Assembly (NCBI GenBank): GCA_051531975.1
Contig: JAOPTT010000005.1
Location: forward strand, 256,001 to 320,000
Direction of reading: 5' to 3'
DNA: 64,000 bases
Source: Spirochaetaceae bacterium
GTDB lineage: Bacteria > Spirochaetota > Spirochaetia > DSM-2461
The notes beneath the pieces were generated by a model, which saw only the letters and a program-made list of their open reading frames with translations, made no database searches and was not told the origin of the DNA. A program made the position numbers and the translations under genes. This document shows positions 49,411-59,391 of this stretch, in pieces. Each line of letters opens with the position of its first letter. Within the stretch, counting starts at the first letter, position 1.

Positions 49411-49950
49411 TTATTTTTCGTTTGATACAACTCCAATATAGGGTAAATTACGATATTTTTGTGCATAATCTAAACCCATTCCTCCAACAAAATGGTCCTC
49501 AATATCAAAACCATTATAATCTATAGTAACTACTTTTGTCCTGCGGGATGGTTTATTTAATAGTGTACAAATTTTCATAGACTTTGGATTCCTAGTTGCT
49601 AATATACTCTCTATTTTAGTTAGCGTTATTCCTGTATCTATAATATCTTCTACAATTAGTACATCTCTACCTGAAATATGAGTCTCAATATCTTTTATTA
49701 TTGTAACTTCAGTATTTTCCATAGAGTCTCCGTAGCTAGAAGCTATCATGAAATCAACTTGAAGAGGGGTTAACATCTCTTTAACTAAATCTGACATAAA
49801 TATAAAAGACCCCTTTAACAGTCCAATTACAATTAATGGTTCAGTAATATTTTTATAGTTTTCATCAATTACTGATGCAAGCTCTTTAATTCTATTTTGA
49901 ATAGTATCTTTATCAATTAATATACTTTCAATTCCTTGGGGTAATTTCAT
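49411..49950 (-). CDS. hpt: Hypoxanthine phosphoribosyltransferase
   Basis: GLLKGSFIFMSDL, VLIVEDIIDTGITL, LDYAQKYRNLPYIG. Confidence 0.95.
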   Translation of the reverse strand: MKLPQGIESILIDKDTIQNRIKELASVIDENYKNITEPLIVIGLLKGSFIFMSDLVKEMLTPLQVDFMIASSYGDSMENTEVTIIKDIETHISGRDVLIVEDIIDTGITLTKIESILATRNPKSMKICTLLNKPSRRTKVVTIDYNGFDIEDHFVGGMGLDYAQKYRNLPYIGVVSNEK

Positions 49951-50056
49951 CTATTAGCTCCTTTTACTATATTTATTATATATCAAAAAATAAAAAGTAA
50001 CAGCTTCACATGTAAATGTGTTTAATAATTAGATATGAAATTATCTGGAGGACATA

Positions 50057-50581
50057 ATGAAAAAACAAATAATAATTCTTATTTTAGTAGCACTTATCTT
50101 TTGTGGTAATATTTCGGCTCACTCAAATCATAACTATAACGCTTTGTCAGTTCAAAGTAGCTATATTCTTCCAATTGAAGAATCGGATTTTAGTTCAAGT
50201 TTAGTTCTTGGTTTAGGTTATGAGTTTTGGGGTATTTTTGAATTTGTTGGAAATGCCTATTTAGAGATTGATAGTAGTGAAGATGGATTTTTCGAAAGCT
50301 TTCAAACTCCAAACGTAGTCTCAACAGGAATAGGAGTTAATATTCCACTTGGTGGATTTTATGCTAAAGGTGATTACCAGAGATTCTTTTCGTTTGATTC
50401 AGAATCATCAGAACTGATGTTATCTAATTATACTGATTCATATAAATATGGAATTGGTATGAATATAGGTAATGATGTTGAGATCGAATTTTATCAGAGA
50501 GTTCTTTTTAACGGTGAAACTTACTCTGATGATGAAGACTACCAGAGTTTTCTAGGGTTAGGAATTAAGTTCTACTTATAG
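50057..50581 (+). CDS. Exported hypothetical protein, possible small outer-membrane beta-barrel
   Basis: GGAGG SD; signal peptide; alternating aromatic/glycine strands; C-terminal LGLGIKFYL. Confidence 0.6.
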   Translation: MKKQIIILILVALIFCGNISAHSNHNYNALSVQSSYILPIEESDFSSSLVLGLGYEFWGIFEFVGNAYLEIDSSEDGFFESFQTPNVVSTGIGVNIPLGGFYAKGDYQRFFSFDSESSELMLSNYTDSYKYGIGMNIGNDVEIEFYQRVLFNGETYSDDEDYQSFLGLGIKFYL

Positions 50582-51547
50582 AAAGTTTTTGAATCGTGTT
50601 ATTAGTTCTGCTTTAACACTTTTCAATTCACCAGCTGTTGCAAATCCTGAGGCTCTTTGGTGGCCACCACCACCAAAAGTCTCAGCTAACTTTCTAACAT
50701 CAACATCTTGAATACTTCTTAAACCAACTGTACATTTACCTGGGGATTCTTGTCTTACAACAGCAATAGCTTCTACACCACTAATACTTAACATTGCCTG
50801 ATAAAGTGTATCAGAATCTCTATCTTCTGCCTTTAACTCTTCTCGATCAGCAATATCTTCCCAGGAGACTAACAGTTTACCATTATAGTGTTCTTCACAC
50901 CTTTCTAAGATTCTACCTAGAAGTCTCCTTGAAGAGAGAGTTTTTCCCCCAGTGATTACTTTAAATGTATTTTTAGGTGATGCACCATATCTAACCATAT
51001 TGGCAGCTTTTTCTATATATAGTTCTGAACCTTTATCTAAGTGTCTAAAAAAACCTGTATCAGTACAGAAACCAAGAAATAACATTTCAGACTCATATGG
51101 TGTAGGAGCCTCATTAAATGACATTATTAAATCTTGGATCATTAGAGTTGTTGATGGGTAACTTGGGTCAACCCAGGGAAAGGAACCAAAGTCTGATTCT
51201 GTTGCATGATGATCAATAATCATCACAGGTAACTCTGTAATTTCATTTTCTAAAAAGCCAACTCTATCTGGGCTGTTACAATCTACAATTATAACAATTG
51301 CATCTTTTTTATCTTCTTCAGTGAGTGAAGTCGTTTTAAATTTATCTGCTAGGTGTAGTGTTTCAATTCTAGTAAAAGGTCCTGCAGTATATAAAGATGT
51401 CTCTTTACCCATTCTAGATAAAAATGATTCTAAAGCTAATGCAGAAGTTAGAGTATCAGCATCTGGCTGCTTATGAGCCATTACGATAAATCTTTTATTA
51501 GAGTTTATATTTTTAGTAATTATTTCCGGTATCATCATTTTGCTCAT
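50576..51547 (-). CDS. nrnA: DHH/DHHA1 phosphoesterase (NrnA-like oligoribonuclease/pAp phosphatase)
   Basis: HKQPDAD, IVDC, IDHH, TDTGFF, GGGGHQRASG. Confidence 0.88.
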   Translation of the reverse strand: MSKMMIPEIITKNINSNKRFIVMAHKQPDADTLTSALALESFLSRMGKETSLYTAGPFTRIETLHLADKFKTTSLTEEDKKDAIVIIVDCNSPDRVGFLENEITELPVMIIDHHATESDFGSFPWVDPSYPSTTLMIQDLIMSFNEAPTPYESEMLFLGFCTDTGFFRHLDKGSELYIEKAANMVRYGASPKNTFKVITGGKTLSSRRLLGRILERCEEHYNGKLLVSWEDIADREELKAEDRDSDTLYQAMLSISGVEAIAVVRQESPGKCTVGLRSIQDVDVRKLAETFGGGGHQRASGFATAGELKSVKAELITRFKNFL

Positions 51548-51560
51548 ATTACATCCTTAT

Positions 51561-51591
51561 AAAAAAAGGCAGACTTTAAGTCTACCTTTTT
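51561..51591. terminator. Intrinsic terminator-like hairpin
   Basis: AAAAAAAGGCAGAC-TTTAA-GTCTACCTTTTT. Confidence 0.6.
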
Positions 51592-51610
51592 ATTATATAT
51601 TGATTAGTTA

Positions 51611-52015
51611 TTAAAAATCAAATTTTAAGTCAGGATTTTTAAAATTTTCATCATGGGCTGTAGGGTTCTGAAATACTCCCCATGTTATATCATTAAAATC
51701 ACTTTTTAAATATAACTTTACATGAGAGAATTCACCATTGTTCCAAAAAACAGTCATATATGGATATGCTTTATCGTATCCTTTAAATATTTTTGATCTA
51801 TCTACATCTTTAGTAAAGAGTTCATTTGGTAAATAAATTTCTCTATATTCAAGATTATTAGCCATATAAATTACTTTATAACCTAATTGGTGTGGATAGA
51901 TTCTAGTTATAACTACATGTTTAGTATAATAAGGGGATTTTGTTGCCGATGTAAGCATAAGAGTTGTTAATAGTAGTATTAAAATTGTTAAAGCTCGTTT
52001 ATATTGTCTGTTCAT
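51611..52015 (-). CDS. Conserved hypothetical exported protein
   Basis: GGGAGGAG SD before ATG 52015; signal peptide; VVITRIYPHQLGYKVIY. Confidence 0.7.
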   Translation of the reverse strand: MNRQYKRALTILILLLTTLMLTSATKSPYYTKHVVITRIYPHQLGYKVIYMANNLEYREIYLPNELFTKDVDRSKIFKGYDKAYPYMTVFWNNGEFSHVKLYLKSDFNDITWGVFQNPTAHDENFKNPDLKFDF

Positions 52016-52069
52016 TAAAATGCTCCTCCCTTGAATGATATAATTATTTTGCAAATAGTCAAGAAATAA

Positions 52070-53008
52070 TTAAATTAAAACATACATAATTGCTTTAATT
52101 GAGTGTTTTCTATTCTCTGCTTCATCCCAAACTACAGAATTTTTTCCTTCTAAAACATCAGTGGTTACTTCTAATCCTCTAACAGCTGGTAAACAGTGCA
52201 TAAATATAACATTTTTGTTATTTGAAAGTTTTAATGATTCGTTATTTACTTGGTAAGGTTGTAAAAGCTCAATACGTTCTTTAGATTGACCCTCTTCACC
52301 CATAGATACCCATACATCAGTATATATTACGTCAGCTTTATCAAATCCTTCTTTTACATTTGATGTTACTTTTACAGATGAACCGGAGATTTTTCCCTGA
52401 TCTATAGCATAGTTTAAAACATCTTCCATCGGGGATAAAGTTGTAGGGCAAACAATAGTTATGTTCACACCCATCTTAGCACAACCAATCATTAAAGAGT
52501 GAGCCATGTTATTTCTACCATCACCAACATATACTAATTTTTTACCGTCTAAGGTTCCAAATTGTTCTTCAACAGTCATTAAATCTGCTAATATTTGGGT
52601 AGGGTGGTATAGATCAGTTAGTCCGTTAAAAACAGGCACACCAGAGTAATCTGCTAGTTTATCTACGGTCTCTTGTTCAAAGCCTCTATATTGTATTCCA
52701 TCAAACATTCTTCCTAATACTCTAGCAGTATCTTCAACTGTCTCTTTTGCACCTAATTGAATATCTTTTAATGAAAGTAGAACTGGATGTCCACCTTCTT
52801 CTCCAAAAGCTGTTTCAAAAGCACACCTAGTTCTAGTAGATGGTTTTTCAAAAATCATAGCAAGAGATTTACCTTTAAACATTTCATGGTTAATACCATT
52901 TTTTTTATCGGCTTTAAGTTTATGTGCAGTATCTAATATATATCTGATCTCATCTTTACTAAAATCCTTTAGTGTTAAAAATGATCGTCCCTTTAATTTC
53001 TCTTTCAT
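52070..53008 (-). CDS. argF: Ornithine carbamoyltransferase
   Basis: STRTR, HPTQ, DVWVSMG, HCLP, AENR. Confidence 0.94.
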   Translation of the reverse strand: MKEKLKGRSFLTLKDFSKDEIRYILDTAHKLKADKKNGINHEMFKGKSLAMIFEKPSTRTRCAFETAFGEEGGHPVLLSLKDIQLGAKETVEDTARVLGRMFDGIQYRGFEQETVDKLADYSGVPVFNGLTDLYHPTQILADLMTVEEQFGTLDGKKLVYVGDGRNNMAHSLMIGCAKMGVNITIVCPTTLSPMEDVLNYAIDQGKISGSSVKVTSNVKEGFDKADVIYTDVWVSMGEEGQSKERIELLQPYQVNNESLKLSNNKNVIFMHCLPAVRGLEVTTDVLEGKNSVVWDEAENRKHSIKAIMYVLI

Positions 53009-53076
53009 AATGTACTCCTAGAATAAATATTGTATTATTATACATAAATGGTGCAACAATATCCACCCCGGGGAGT

Positions 53077-55569
53077 TTATTTAAAAGTATCAGGTGGGAA
53101 AAGACTATAAATAGCTTCTTCTACCCTTGAGTAACTATTAAAAGTTATTTTATCAGTTATCTCTTTTGGTATATCTTTAATATCTTTTTTATTGATTTCA
53201 GGTATTAAAACAGTAGTAGAACCATTCCTTGCTGCGGCTAAAACTTTCTCTTTTAACCCACCTATTGGAAGTAGTTGACCAGTTAATGTAATTTCTCCGG
53301 TCATAGCTGTTTTTTTATTAATGCATATATTTTTTAATGCAGAAATCAGAGCAGATGTAATTGTAATACCAGCTGATGGTCCATCTTTTTTTATAGCACC
53401 TTCTGGGGCATGAATGTGTATATCAGTTTTATTATCAAATTCAGGATCTATTTTAAACAGTTTATAGTGGGATTTAACATATGAGATAGCAATTTGAGCA
53501 CTCTCTTTCATTACATCTCCGAGTTGACCTGTTAATATAATTTTTCCTTTACCCTTAGATAAAGTTATCTCTATAGGTAAAACTGTACCACCAACTTGAG
53601 TCCATGCAAGACCTACCGAAATACCAGGAACAGTAGAGTCTTTTACATCTCCTTCAGGAATTAAATCGTCTCCTAATAGACTATTTAAGTTATCATTTGT
53701 AACACTAAAATTTATGTTCCCAGGATTAAACTCTGCAGGTTCAGTACTCTTTTTAAAATAATCTGGATACTTTCTTATATAGTCTCCATTAAAATATTTT
53801 GTGCCCTGGGGGCTTGTTTCAAAGTCTTCTAGTTCTAATCTTGCAATTTTACGAAGTGCTGTTGCTATATTTCTATTTAAGTTTCTAACACCTGATTCTC
53901 TAGTAAATTTTCTGATTATTTTTAATAAACTCTCATCAGTAAATTTTATATTTGCATCCTTTAAACCTAAAGCCTTAAGTTGTTTAGGTATTATGAATCT
54001 CTTTGCAATCTCTGTTTTTTCTATTTCTGTATATCCCTGAATTTCAATAACTTCCATTCTATCTAATAATGGTGCTGGAATTGGGTTTAATGAGTTTGCA
54101 GTCGCTATAAAAAGAACATCAGATAGATCAAATGGTAGTTCTATATAGTGGTCAGTAAAAGTATGATTTTGTTCAGGATCTAAAACTTCTAAAAGTGCGG
54201 AGGATGGATCTCCTTTATAGTCTGATGATATTTTATCTATTTCATCTAAAAGTATAACTGGATTTTTTACACCAGTTTTTTTAACTGCCTGTATAATTTT
54301 ACCAGGAAGGGCACCTATATATGTTTTTCTATGACCTCTAATTTCAGCTTCGTCTTTTACACCACCTAGAGCTATCCGGCCAAATTCTCGTCCTAGTGAG
54401 TTAGCAACTGATTTACCTAAGGATGTTTTACCAGTTCCTGGAGGACCAACTAAACATAAAACAGGAGATTTTTTTTCTGTATCAAACTGTCTTACTGCTA
54501 TAAAGTCTAAAATTCTGTCTTTAGCTTTTACCATATTGTAGTGGTCGTTATTAAGTACTTCTTTTGCTTTATGTAGGTTTTTCTGATCTATTGTAGTTTT
54601 ATTCCAAGGTAGTTCAACTATTGTTTCCAAATAAGTCCTTAAAATACCAGCTTCTGGAGATATTGGTTGTAGTTTTGTTAACCTATGGGCATCTTTTAAC
54701 AGTTTATCTTTATCTTTTTGATTAAGAGCAATATTATCAATTTGTTTGGTCAGCTCATTAGATCCATTTGGATCATCTTCTTTACCTAACTCTTTATTTA
54801 TCTCTTTCATCTGCTCATTTAAAAAATAGTCACGTTGAGTTTTTTCTAAATTCTTTTTTACTCTACCATGTAATTTTTGTTGTAATTTAAGTATTTCAAT
54901 TTCAGATTTTAATGTAACAGCAATATTTTCAAGGTTTATATAGTTATTACCTTCTAAAAAATATTTCATTTTAATTTTGTAGGGTAGAGGGGTTACAAAA
55001 CATATATTTCCTAATAGTTTATTTGCAGAATCTGATCGATCTATTGTAGAAATAACCTCTTCAGGTATTTTCCCGTGAATAGAACTAAATTCTGTAAATA
55101 TTTTTTTAACAACTTCTATAAGGGATGTTATTTTAGGGTCACTGCTTTCAGATTCATTTAAAAGTTTACAATCTGTAGCATAATAATCTGAGAATGTAAT
55201 TCCTTTAATAGTTACTTTATTTATACCTTCAACTAATAATCTAACAGTTCCATCTGGTAATTTAAGAATTTGTAAAATATTACAAAGAGTTGCAGTCTTA
55301 TATGTATTATTAAGAGATTTTCCCTTTGTTTTATTTATAGGGTAACCAATTACGAATTTTTTATTAGATTCCATAGCTATTTCATAGGCTTTTATATCAC
55401 TTTTGCCATTTATAAAAATTGGAGCTATAGTATTTGGAAATATAACAGTCTCCCCTAATGTTATGTAAGGGAGTGTCTGTCTACCTCTATTTATCCCCTG
55501 GGGCTTTGTAGAGTTCTCTAGGCCAGTCGTGGATTTCTTCTTCAGTATCTTGTATAATAGGTTCTTCAT
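53077..55569 (-). CDS. lon: ATP-dependent protease La (start uncertain, overlaps clpX)
   Basis: LON N-domain, [15 protein letters not shown], catalytic DGPSAG and GGLKEK. Confidence 0.95.
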   Translation of the reverse strand: MKNLLYKILKKKSTTGLENSTKPQGINRGRQTLPYITLGETVIFPNTIAPIFINGKSDIKAYEIAMESNKKFVIGYPINKTKGKSLNNTYKTATLCNILQILKLPDGTVRLLVEGINKVTIKGITFSDYYATDCKLLNESESSDPKITSLIEVVKKIFTEFSSIHGKIPEEVISTIDRSDSANKLLGNICFVTPLPYKIKMKYFLEGNNYINLENIAVTLKSEIEILKLQQKLHGRVKKNLEKTQRDYFLNEQMKEINKELGKEDDPNGSNELTKQIDNIALNQKDKDKLLKDAHRLTKLQPISPEAGILRTYLETIVELPWNKTTIDQKNLHKAKEVLNNDHYNMVKAKDRILDFIAVRQFDTEKKSPVLCLVGPPGTGKTSLGKSVANSLGREFGRIALGGVKDEAEIRGHRKTYIGALPGKIIQAVKKTGVKNPVILLDEIDKISSDYKGDPSSALLEVLDPEQNHTFTDHYIELPFDLSDVLFIATANSLNPIPAPLLDRMEVIEIQGYTEIEKTEIAKRFIIPKQLKALGLKDANIKFTDESLLKIIRKFTRESGVRNLNRNIATALRKIARLELEDFETSPQGTKYFNGDYIRKYPDYFKKSTEPAEFNPGNINFSVTNDNLNSLLGDDLIPEGDVKDSTVPGISVGLAWTQVGGTVLPIEITLSKGKGKIILTGQLGDVMKESAQIAISYVKSHYKLFKIDPEFDNKTDIHIHAPEGAIKKDGPSAGITITSALISALKNICINKKTAMTGEITLTGQLLPIGGLKEKVLAAARNGSTTVLIPEINKKDIKDIPKEITDKITFNSYSRVEEAIYSLFPPDTFK

Positions 55570-56767
55570 TATCTGTTATCACTTCTTTTGTTATTATTAC
55601 TCGCTTAGCAGTTTTTGTAGAAGGAACTTCGTACATCATAGAATTAATACGACTTTCTACAATAGTTCTAAGACCCCTTGCTCCAGTTTTTCTTACTTCT
55701 GCTAACTCTGCAATTGCTTTAATTGCTTCAACTTCAAAATAAAGATCTACGTCATCAAGTCCTAATAGAGCTGTATACTGTTTAACAATTGAGTTTTTAG
55801 GTTCAGTTATAATTCTAACTAAAGCATCCTGATCCAAATTATTTAAAGAAACATTTATAGGAAGTCGACCAATAAACTCAGGGATTAAACCAAATTTAAC
55901 TAAGTCATCTGCTTCTAAATCTGTTAATAAATCTGCTAGGTCTTTCTCTTTGGCAGTTCTAATATCTGCTCCAAAACCCATACTGTTTTTACTAACTCTT
56001 TTCTCAATAATTTTATCTAAACCGACAAATGCACCACCACAAATTACTAAAATGTCTTTTGTGCTAATTTTAAGCATGTCTTGGTTTGGGTGTTTTCTTC
56101 CACCCTGTGGAGGAACAGAAGCTTCTGTTCCTTCTATGATTTTTAAAAGAGCCTGCTGTACACCTTCACCAGATACATCTCTAGTTATTGAAACATTTTC
56201 ACTCTTTTTTGATATTTTATCTATCTCATCTATATAAATGATACCTTTTTCAGCTTTTTTAATATCATTTCCAGCATTTTGTATAAGCTTTAATAGAATA
56301 TTTTCTACGTCTTCACCTACATAACCTGCTTCTGTTAATGTTGTTGCATCAGCTATTGCAAAAGGTACTTTAAGTTTTCTAGCTAAAGTTTTTGCTAATA
56401 AAGTTTTACCAGTACCAGTTGGTCCAATTAGTAGAACATTAGATTTCTCTAACTCTACTGAATCGTCTAGTTTATGTCCCGATAAAATTCTTTTATAATG
56501 ATTATAAACTGCAACTGAAAGAGTTTTTTTTGCTTTCTCTTGTCCAATTACATAAGTATCTAAATGTTCTTTAATCTCTTTTGGAGTAGGTAGATTTTCA
56601 TCTATTTCTAAAGCTTCTGTAGAAGTTTCTTCATCTACGATTTTTGTACAAACATCTATACATTCGTCGCATATGAATACACCTGGTCCAGCTATTAATC
56701 GTTTTGCTTCATCGGAAGATTTACCACAAAAAGAACATGATTTATCTTTTGATTTATTTTTTGCCAT
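55487..56767 (-). CDS. clpX: ATP-dependent Clp protease ATPase ClpX
   Basis: CSFCGK...ICDEC zinc finger, [35 protein letters not shown] loop. Confidence 0.98.
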   Translation of the reverse strand: MAKNKSKDKSCSFCGKSSDEAKRLIAGPGVFICDECIDVCTKIVDEETSTEALEIDENLPTPKEIKEHLDTYVIGQEKAKKTLSVAVYNHYKRILSGHKLDDSVELEKSNVLLIGPTGTGKTLLAKTLARKLKVPFAIADATTLTEAGYVGEDVENILLKLIQNAGNDIKKAEKGIIYIDEIDKISKKSENVSITRDVSGEGVQQALLKIIEGTEASVPPQGGRKHPNQDMLKISTKDILVICGGAFVGLDKIIEKRVSKNSMGFGADIRTAKEKDLADLLTDLEADDLVKFGLIPEFIGRLPINVSLNNLDQDALVRIITEPKNSIVKQYTALLGLDDVDLYFEVEAIKAIAELAEVRKTGARGLRTIVESRINSMMYEVPSTKTAKRVIITKEVITDNEEPIIQDTEEEIHDWPRELYKAPGDK

Positions 56768-56768
56768 A

Positions 56769-57362
56769 CTAGTCCCTTACTAAAACTTTATCTACTAAAC
56801 CGTATTCAACAGCATCTGCTGATGTTAGAAAGAAGTCTCTTTCAAGGTCTTCTCCTAACTCTTCTACAGTTTTACCTGAGTGTTTTGCAAGATACTCTAT
56901 TAGTAGTACTTTTAATCTAGATATTTCCCGTGCCTGAATACCAATATCTCTAGCCTGACCTTGAACACCACCCCAAGGTTGGTGAATCATGATTCTAGAG
57001 GATGGAAGACTGAATCTTTTACCAGCGGCTCCACCATTTAATAGTATAGCACCCATACTTGCAGCTTGACCAATACAGATTGTTTGAACATCTGGTTTAA
57101 TCCACTGCATAGTATCGTAAATTGCTAACCCAGCAGTTACAGAACCACCAGGAGAGTTAATATAAAGACTTACATCCTTATCAGGATCTTGAGATTCAAG
57201 AAATAGTAATTGGGCAATAATTAAGTTAGCTGTTGTATCGTTCACTTCACCATCTAAAAAAACAACTCTATCTTTTAACAATCTAGAATATATATCGTTT
57301 CTTTCCCAACCAGAACCAGTTTGTTCTGTTACTTGTGGAACTATATAATTTTCAACTTTCAT
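56769..57362 (-). CDS. clpP: Clp protease proteolytic subunit
   Basis: [25 protein letters not shown]. Confidence 0.98.
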   Translation of the reverse strand: MKVENYIVPQVTEQTGSGWERNDIYSRLLKDRVVFLDGEVNDTTANLIIAQLLFLESQDPDKDVSLYINSPGGSVTAGLAIYDTMQWIKPDVQTICIGQAASMGAILLNGGAAGKRFSLPSSRIMIHQPWGGVQGQARDIGIQAREISRLKVLLIEYLAKHSGKTVEELGEDLERDFFLTSADAVEYGLVDKVLVRD

Positions 57363-57386
57363 TATTACCCTCTTTATTTATAAGTA

Positions 57387-58745
57387 TTATTTACCTAATA
57401 AAAAATCTGCATAATCAACTTTGTCACCTTTAGTAACAGTAGAAGATTTTAACAGATCTTTAATAAGTTTCTTAGTTTTAATATCTCTTGTTAAGTATTC
57501 CATCATGCCATTTTTCTCAAATGTTTCTTTTAATTCATCAACTGGCATTTTGTACATTTCAGATTGAGTTTCAATCTCAGCAGCAATGTCTTTTTCTGTT
57601 ACTTTAATCTCTTCTTTATCTAGAATCTTTTCTAATAAAATCTGAGACTTAACAGTTTTTTCAGCATCTTCTTTCCAAGTTTCTTTTAAACCATCTTTAG
57701 TTTGACCCTGTAGTTGTAAGAACATTTCAATGTTCTCCTCAGTCATTCTAGATTGCTGCATAAAGTTTTGCCATCTGTTATCAAGTTCTGCGCTAACCAT
57801 TGAAGTTGGAATAGTTAATTCTGAGTTTTCAACAATTTTTAACAGTAAGTTATCAGTTTTAATGTTATCTACTCTCGTAGCAACTTCATCTTTCATTTTC
57901 TTTTCGATAGATGCCTTTAAGTCATCTAAAGTATTAAAATCTTCTGAAACGTCCTGAGCTAATTCATCATCTAAAGCAGGAAGTTGTTTCTCTTTTACCG
58001 CTTTAATTTTAACCCTAATTTTTTTAGTAGTTTCTGCTAATTCTTTTACTTCAAAATCAGAAGGATAAGTTTTTTCAATTACTTTTTCCTGGTCAACTTT
58101 CATTTTAATAACGTCGTCGTCTAATTTGTAGTAGTTATATCCAGTACCTACAGTGAAAACAAAATCTTCTCTCTTAGTATCTTCTATAATATTTCCATCA
58201 GCATCTAACTCTGCATAGTCCATTGTTACAATGTTCTCTTTTGCAATAGTTTTACTAGCTTTATCCATTACAACAGAGTTCTGCTCTTGGATTTTTACTA
58301 ATTCAGCATCCTTATGCTTTTTAAGAATACTAACTTTAGGTTCAGTAATTGCTAAACCTCTATACTCTCCAAGTTTTACCTCTGGGAATACATCGTATTT
58401 AATAGTAAAAGAAAATTCTTTGTCTTGATCAAAATCTAACTCTCCAATAAGTTCTGGAGTAGCCATACCTAATGGTTTTTCTTCAATATCTTCAACTGCT
58501 GCTTTAAAAGCTTTTTCTAGTAAGTTACTTGCTGCTTCTTGTTTAAGACTTTCACCAAAACGTTGTTCTAAAATTGATGTAGGTACTTTTCCTTTTCGGA
58601 AACCTTTAATCTGTACTGATTTAGAGTATTTACCGATTAAAGAATTATACTCTTTTTTTGATTCTGCTTTCTCAACTGTTACAGAAAGCTTAACTGCTGA
58701 GTTTTCCAGCTTCTCAATGTTTTTTTTAGAAATCACGTGTTCCAT
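57387..58745 (-). CDS. tig: Trigger factor
   Basis: GFRKGKVP ribosome-binding motif; tig-clpP-clpX-lon synteny. Confidence 0.96.
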   Translation of the reverse strand: MEHVISKKNIEKLENSAVKLSVTVEKAESKKEYNSLIGKYSKSVQIKGFRKGKVPTSILEQRFGESLKQEAASNLLEKAFKAAVEDIEEKPLGMATPELIGELDFDQDKEFSFTIKYDVFPEVKLGEYRGLAITEPKVSILKKHKDAELVKIQEQNSVVMDKASKTIAKENIVTMDYAELDADGNIIEDTKREDFVFTVGTGYNYYKLDDDVIKMKVDQEKVIEKTYPSDFEVKELAETTKKIRVKIKAVKEKQLPALDDELAQDVSEDFNTLDDLKASIEKKMKDEVATRVDNIKTDNLLLKIVENSELTIPTSMVSAELDNRWQNFMQQSRMTEENIEMFLQLQGQTKDGLKETWKEDAEKTVKSQILLEKILDKEEIKVTEKDIAAEIETQSEMYKMPVDELKETFEKNGMMEYLTRDIKTKKLIKDLLKSSTVTKGDKVDYADFLLGK

Positions 58746-58767
58746 CCTTTAATAAAAATAAAGTAAT

Positions 58768-58800
58768 AAAAAAAAAGCGATTCGACTAGATCGAATCGCT
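58768..58800 (-). terminator. Terminator after the tRNA cluster
   Basis: Minus strand AGCGATTCGA-TCTAG-TCGAATCGCT followed by a long T-run. Confidence 0.75.
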
Positions 58801-58812
58801 AAATAGTTTTAA

Positions 58813-58884
58813 AGCGAAAGACGGGAGTCGAACCCGCGACATCCACCTTGGCAAGGTGAAGCTCTACCACTGAGCTACTTTCGC
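58813..58884 (-). tRNA. tRNA-Gly(GCC)
   Basis: GCGAAAGTAGCTCAGTGGTAGAGC...CTTGCCAAG...GGTTCGACTCCC...; CCA not encoded. Confidence 0.95.
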
Positions 58885-58914
58885 ATTAGATCTGGTCTTA
58901 ATTAAAAAACCGAT

Positions 58915-58996
58915 TGCGAGCGGAGGGACTCGAACCCTCACACCGCGAGGCACTAGATCCTAAGTCTAGCGTGTCTACCAATTTCACCACGCTCGC
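58915..58996 (-). tRNA. tRNA-Leu(TAG)
   Basis: GCGAGCGTGGTGAAATTGGTAGACACG CTAGA CTTAGGA TCTAG, long variable arm, GGTTCGAGTCC. Confidence 0.95.
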
Positions 58997-59060
58997 AATT
59001 GAATGTTGTTAAACAACTCGTTACCGAAGTAACGCTATGTTAGCTTGTAAACAAGCTATA

Positions 59061-59134
<74 letters not shown>

Positions 59135-59141
59135 AAGAAAG

Positions 59142-59215
59142 GGTGAATGACGGGATTTGAACCCGCGACAACCAGAACCACAAACTGGCGCTCTACCAAC
59201 TGAACTACATTCACC
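59142..59215 (-). tRNA. tRNA-His(GTG)
   Basis: G(-1)GTGAATGTAGTTCAGTTGGTAGAGC...TTGTGGT...GGTTCAAATCCC...CACC. Confidence 0.95.
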
Positions 59216-59391
59216 ATATGGGCATATTAAAATAAGATGCCTTTTTGTAACCATTTCACTTTGAATTATTTGAACTTTTTTGTCAATACCGAAATATGGT
59301 ATCGAAGTTTAAAATAATCCTTGTTACTCAGCGAGATGTATAATTCCATAAACAGGTATTTTTGTCAAGTAAACCACTAAAAAAAATGGAA

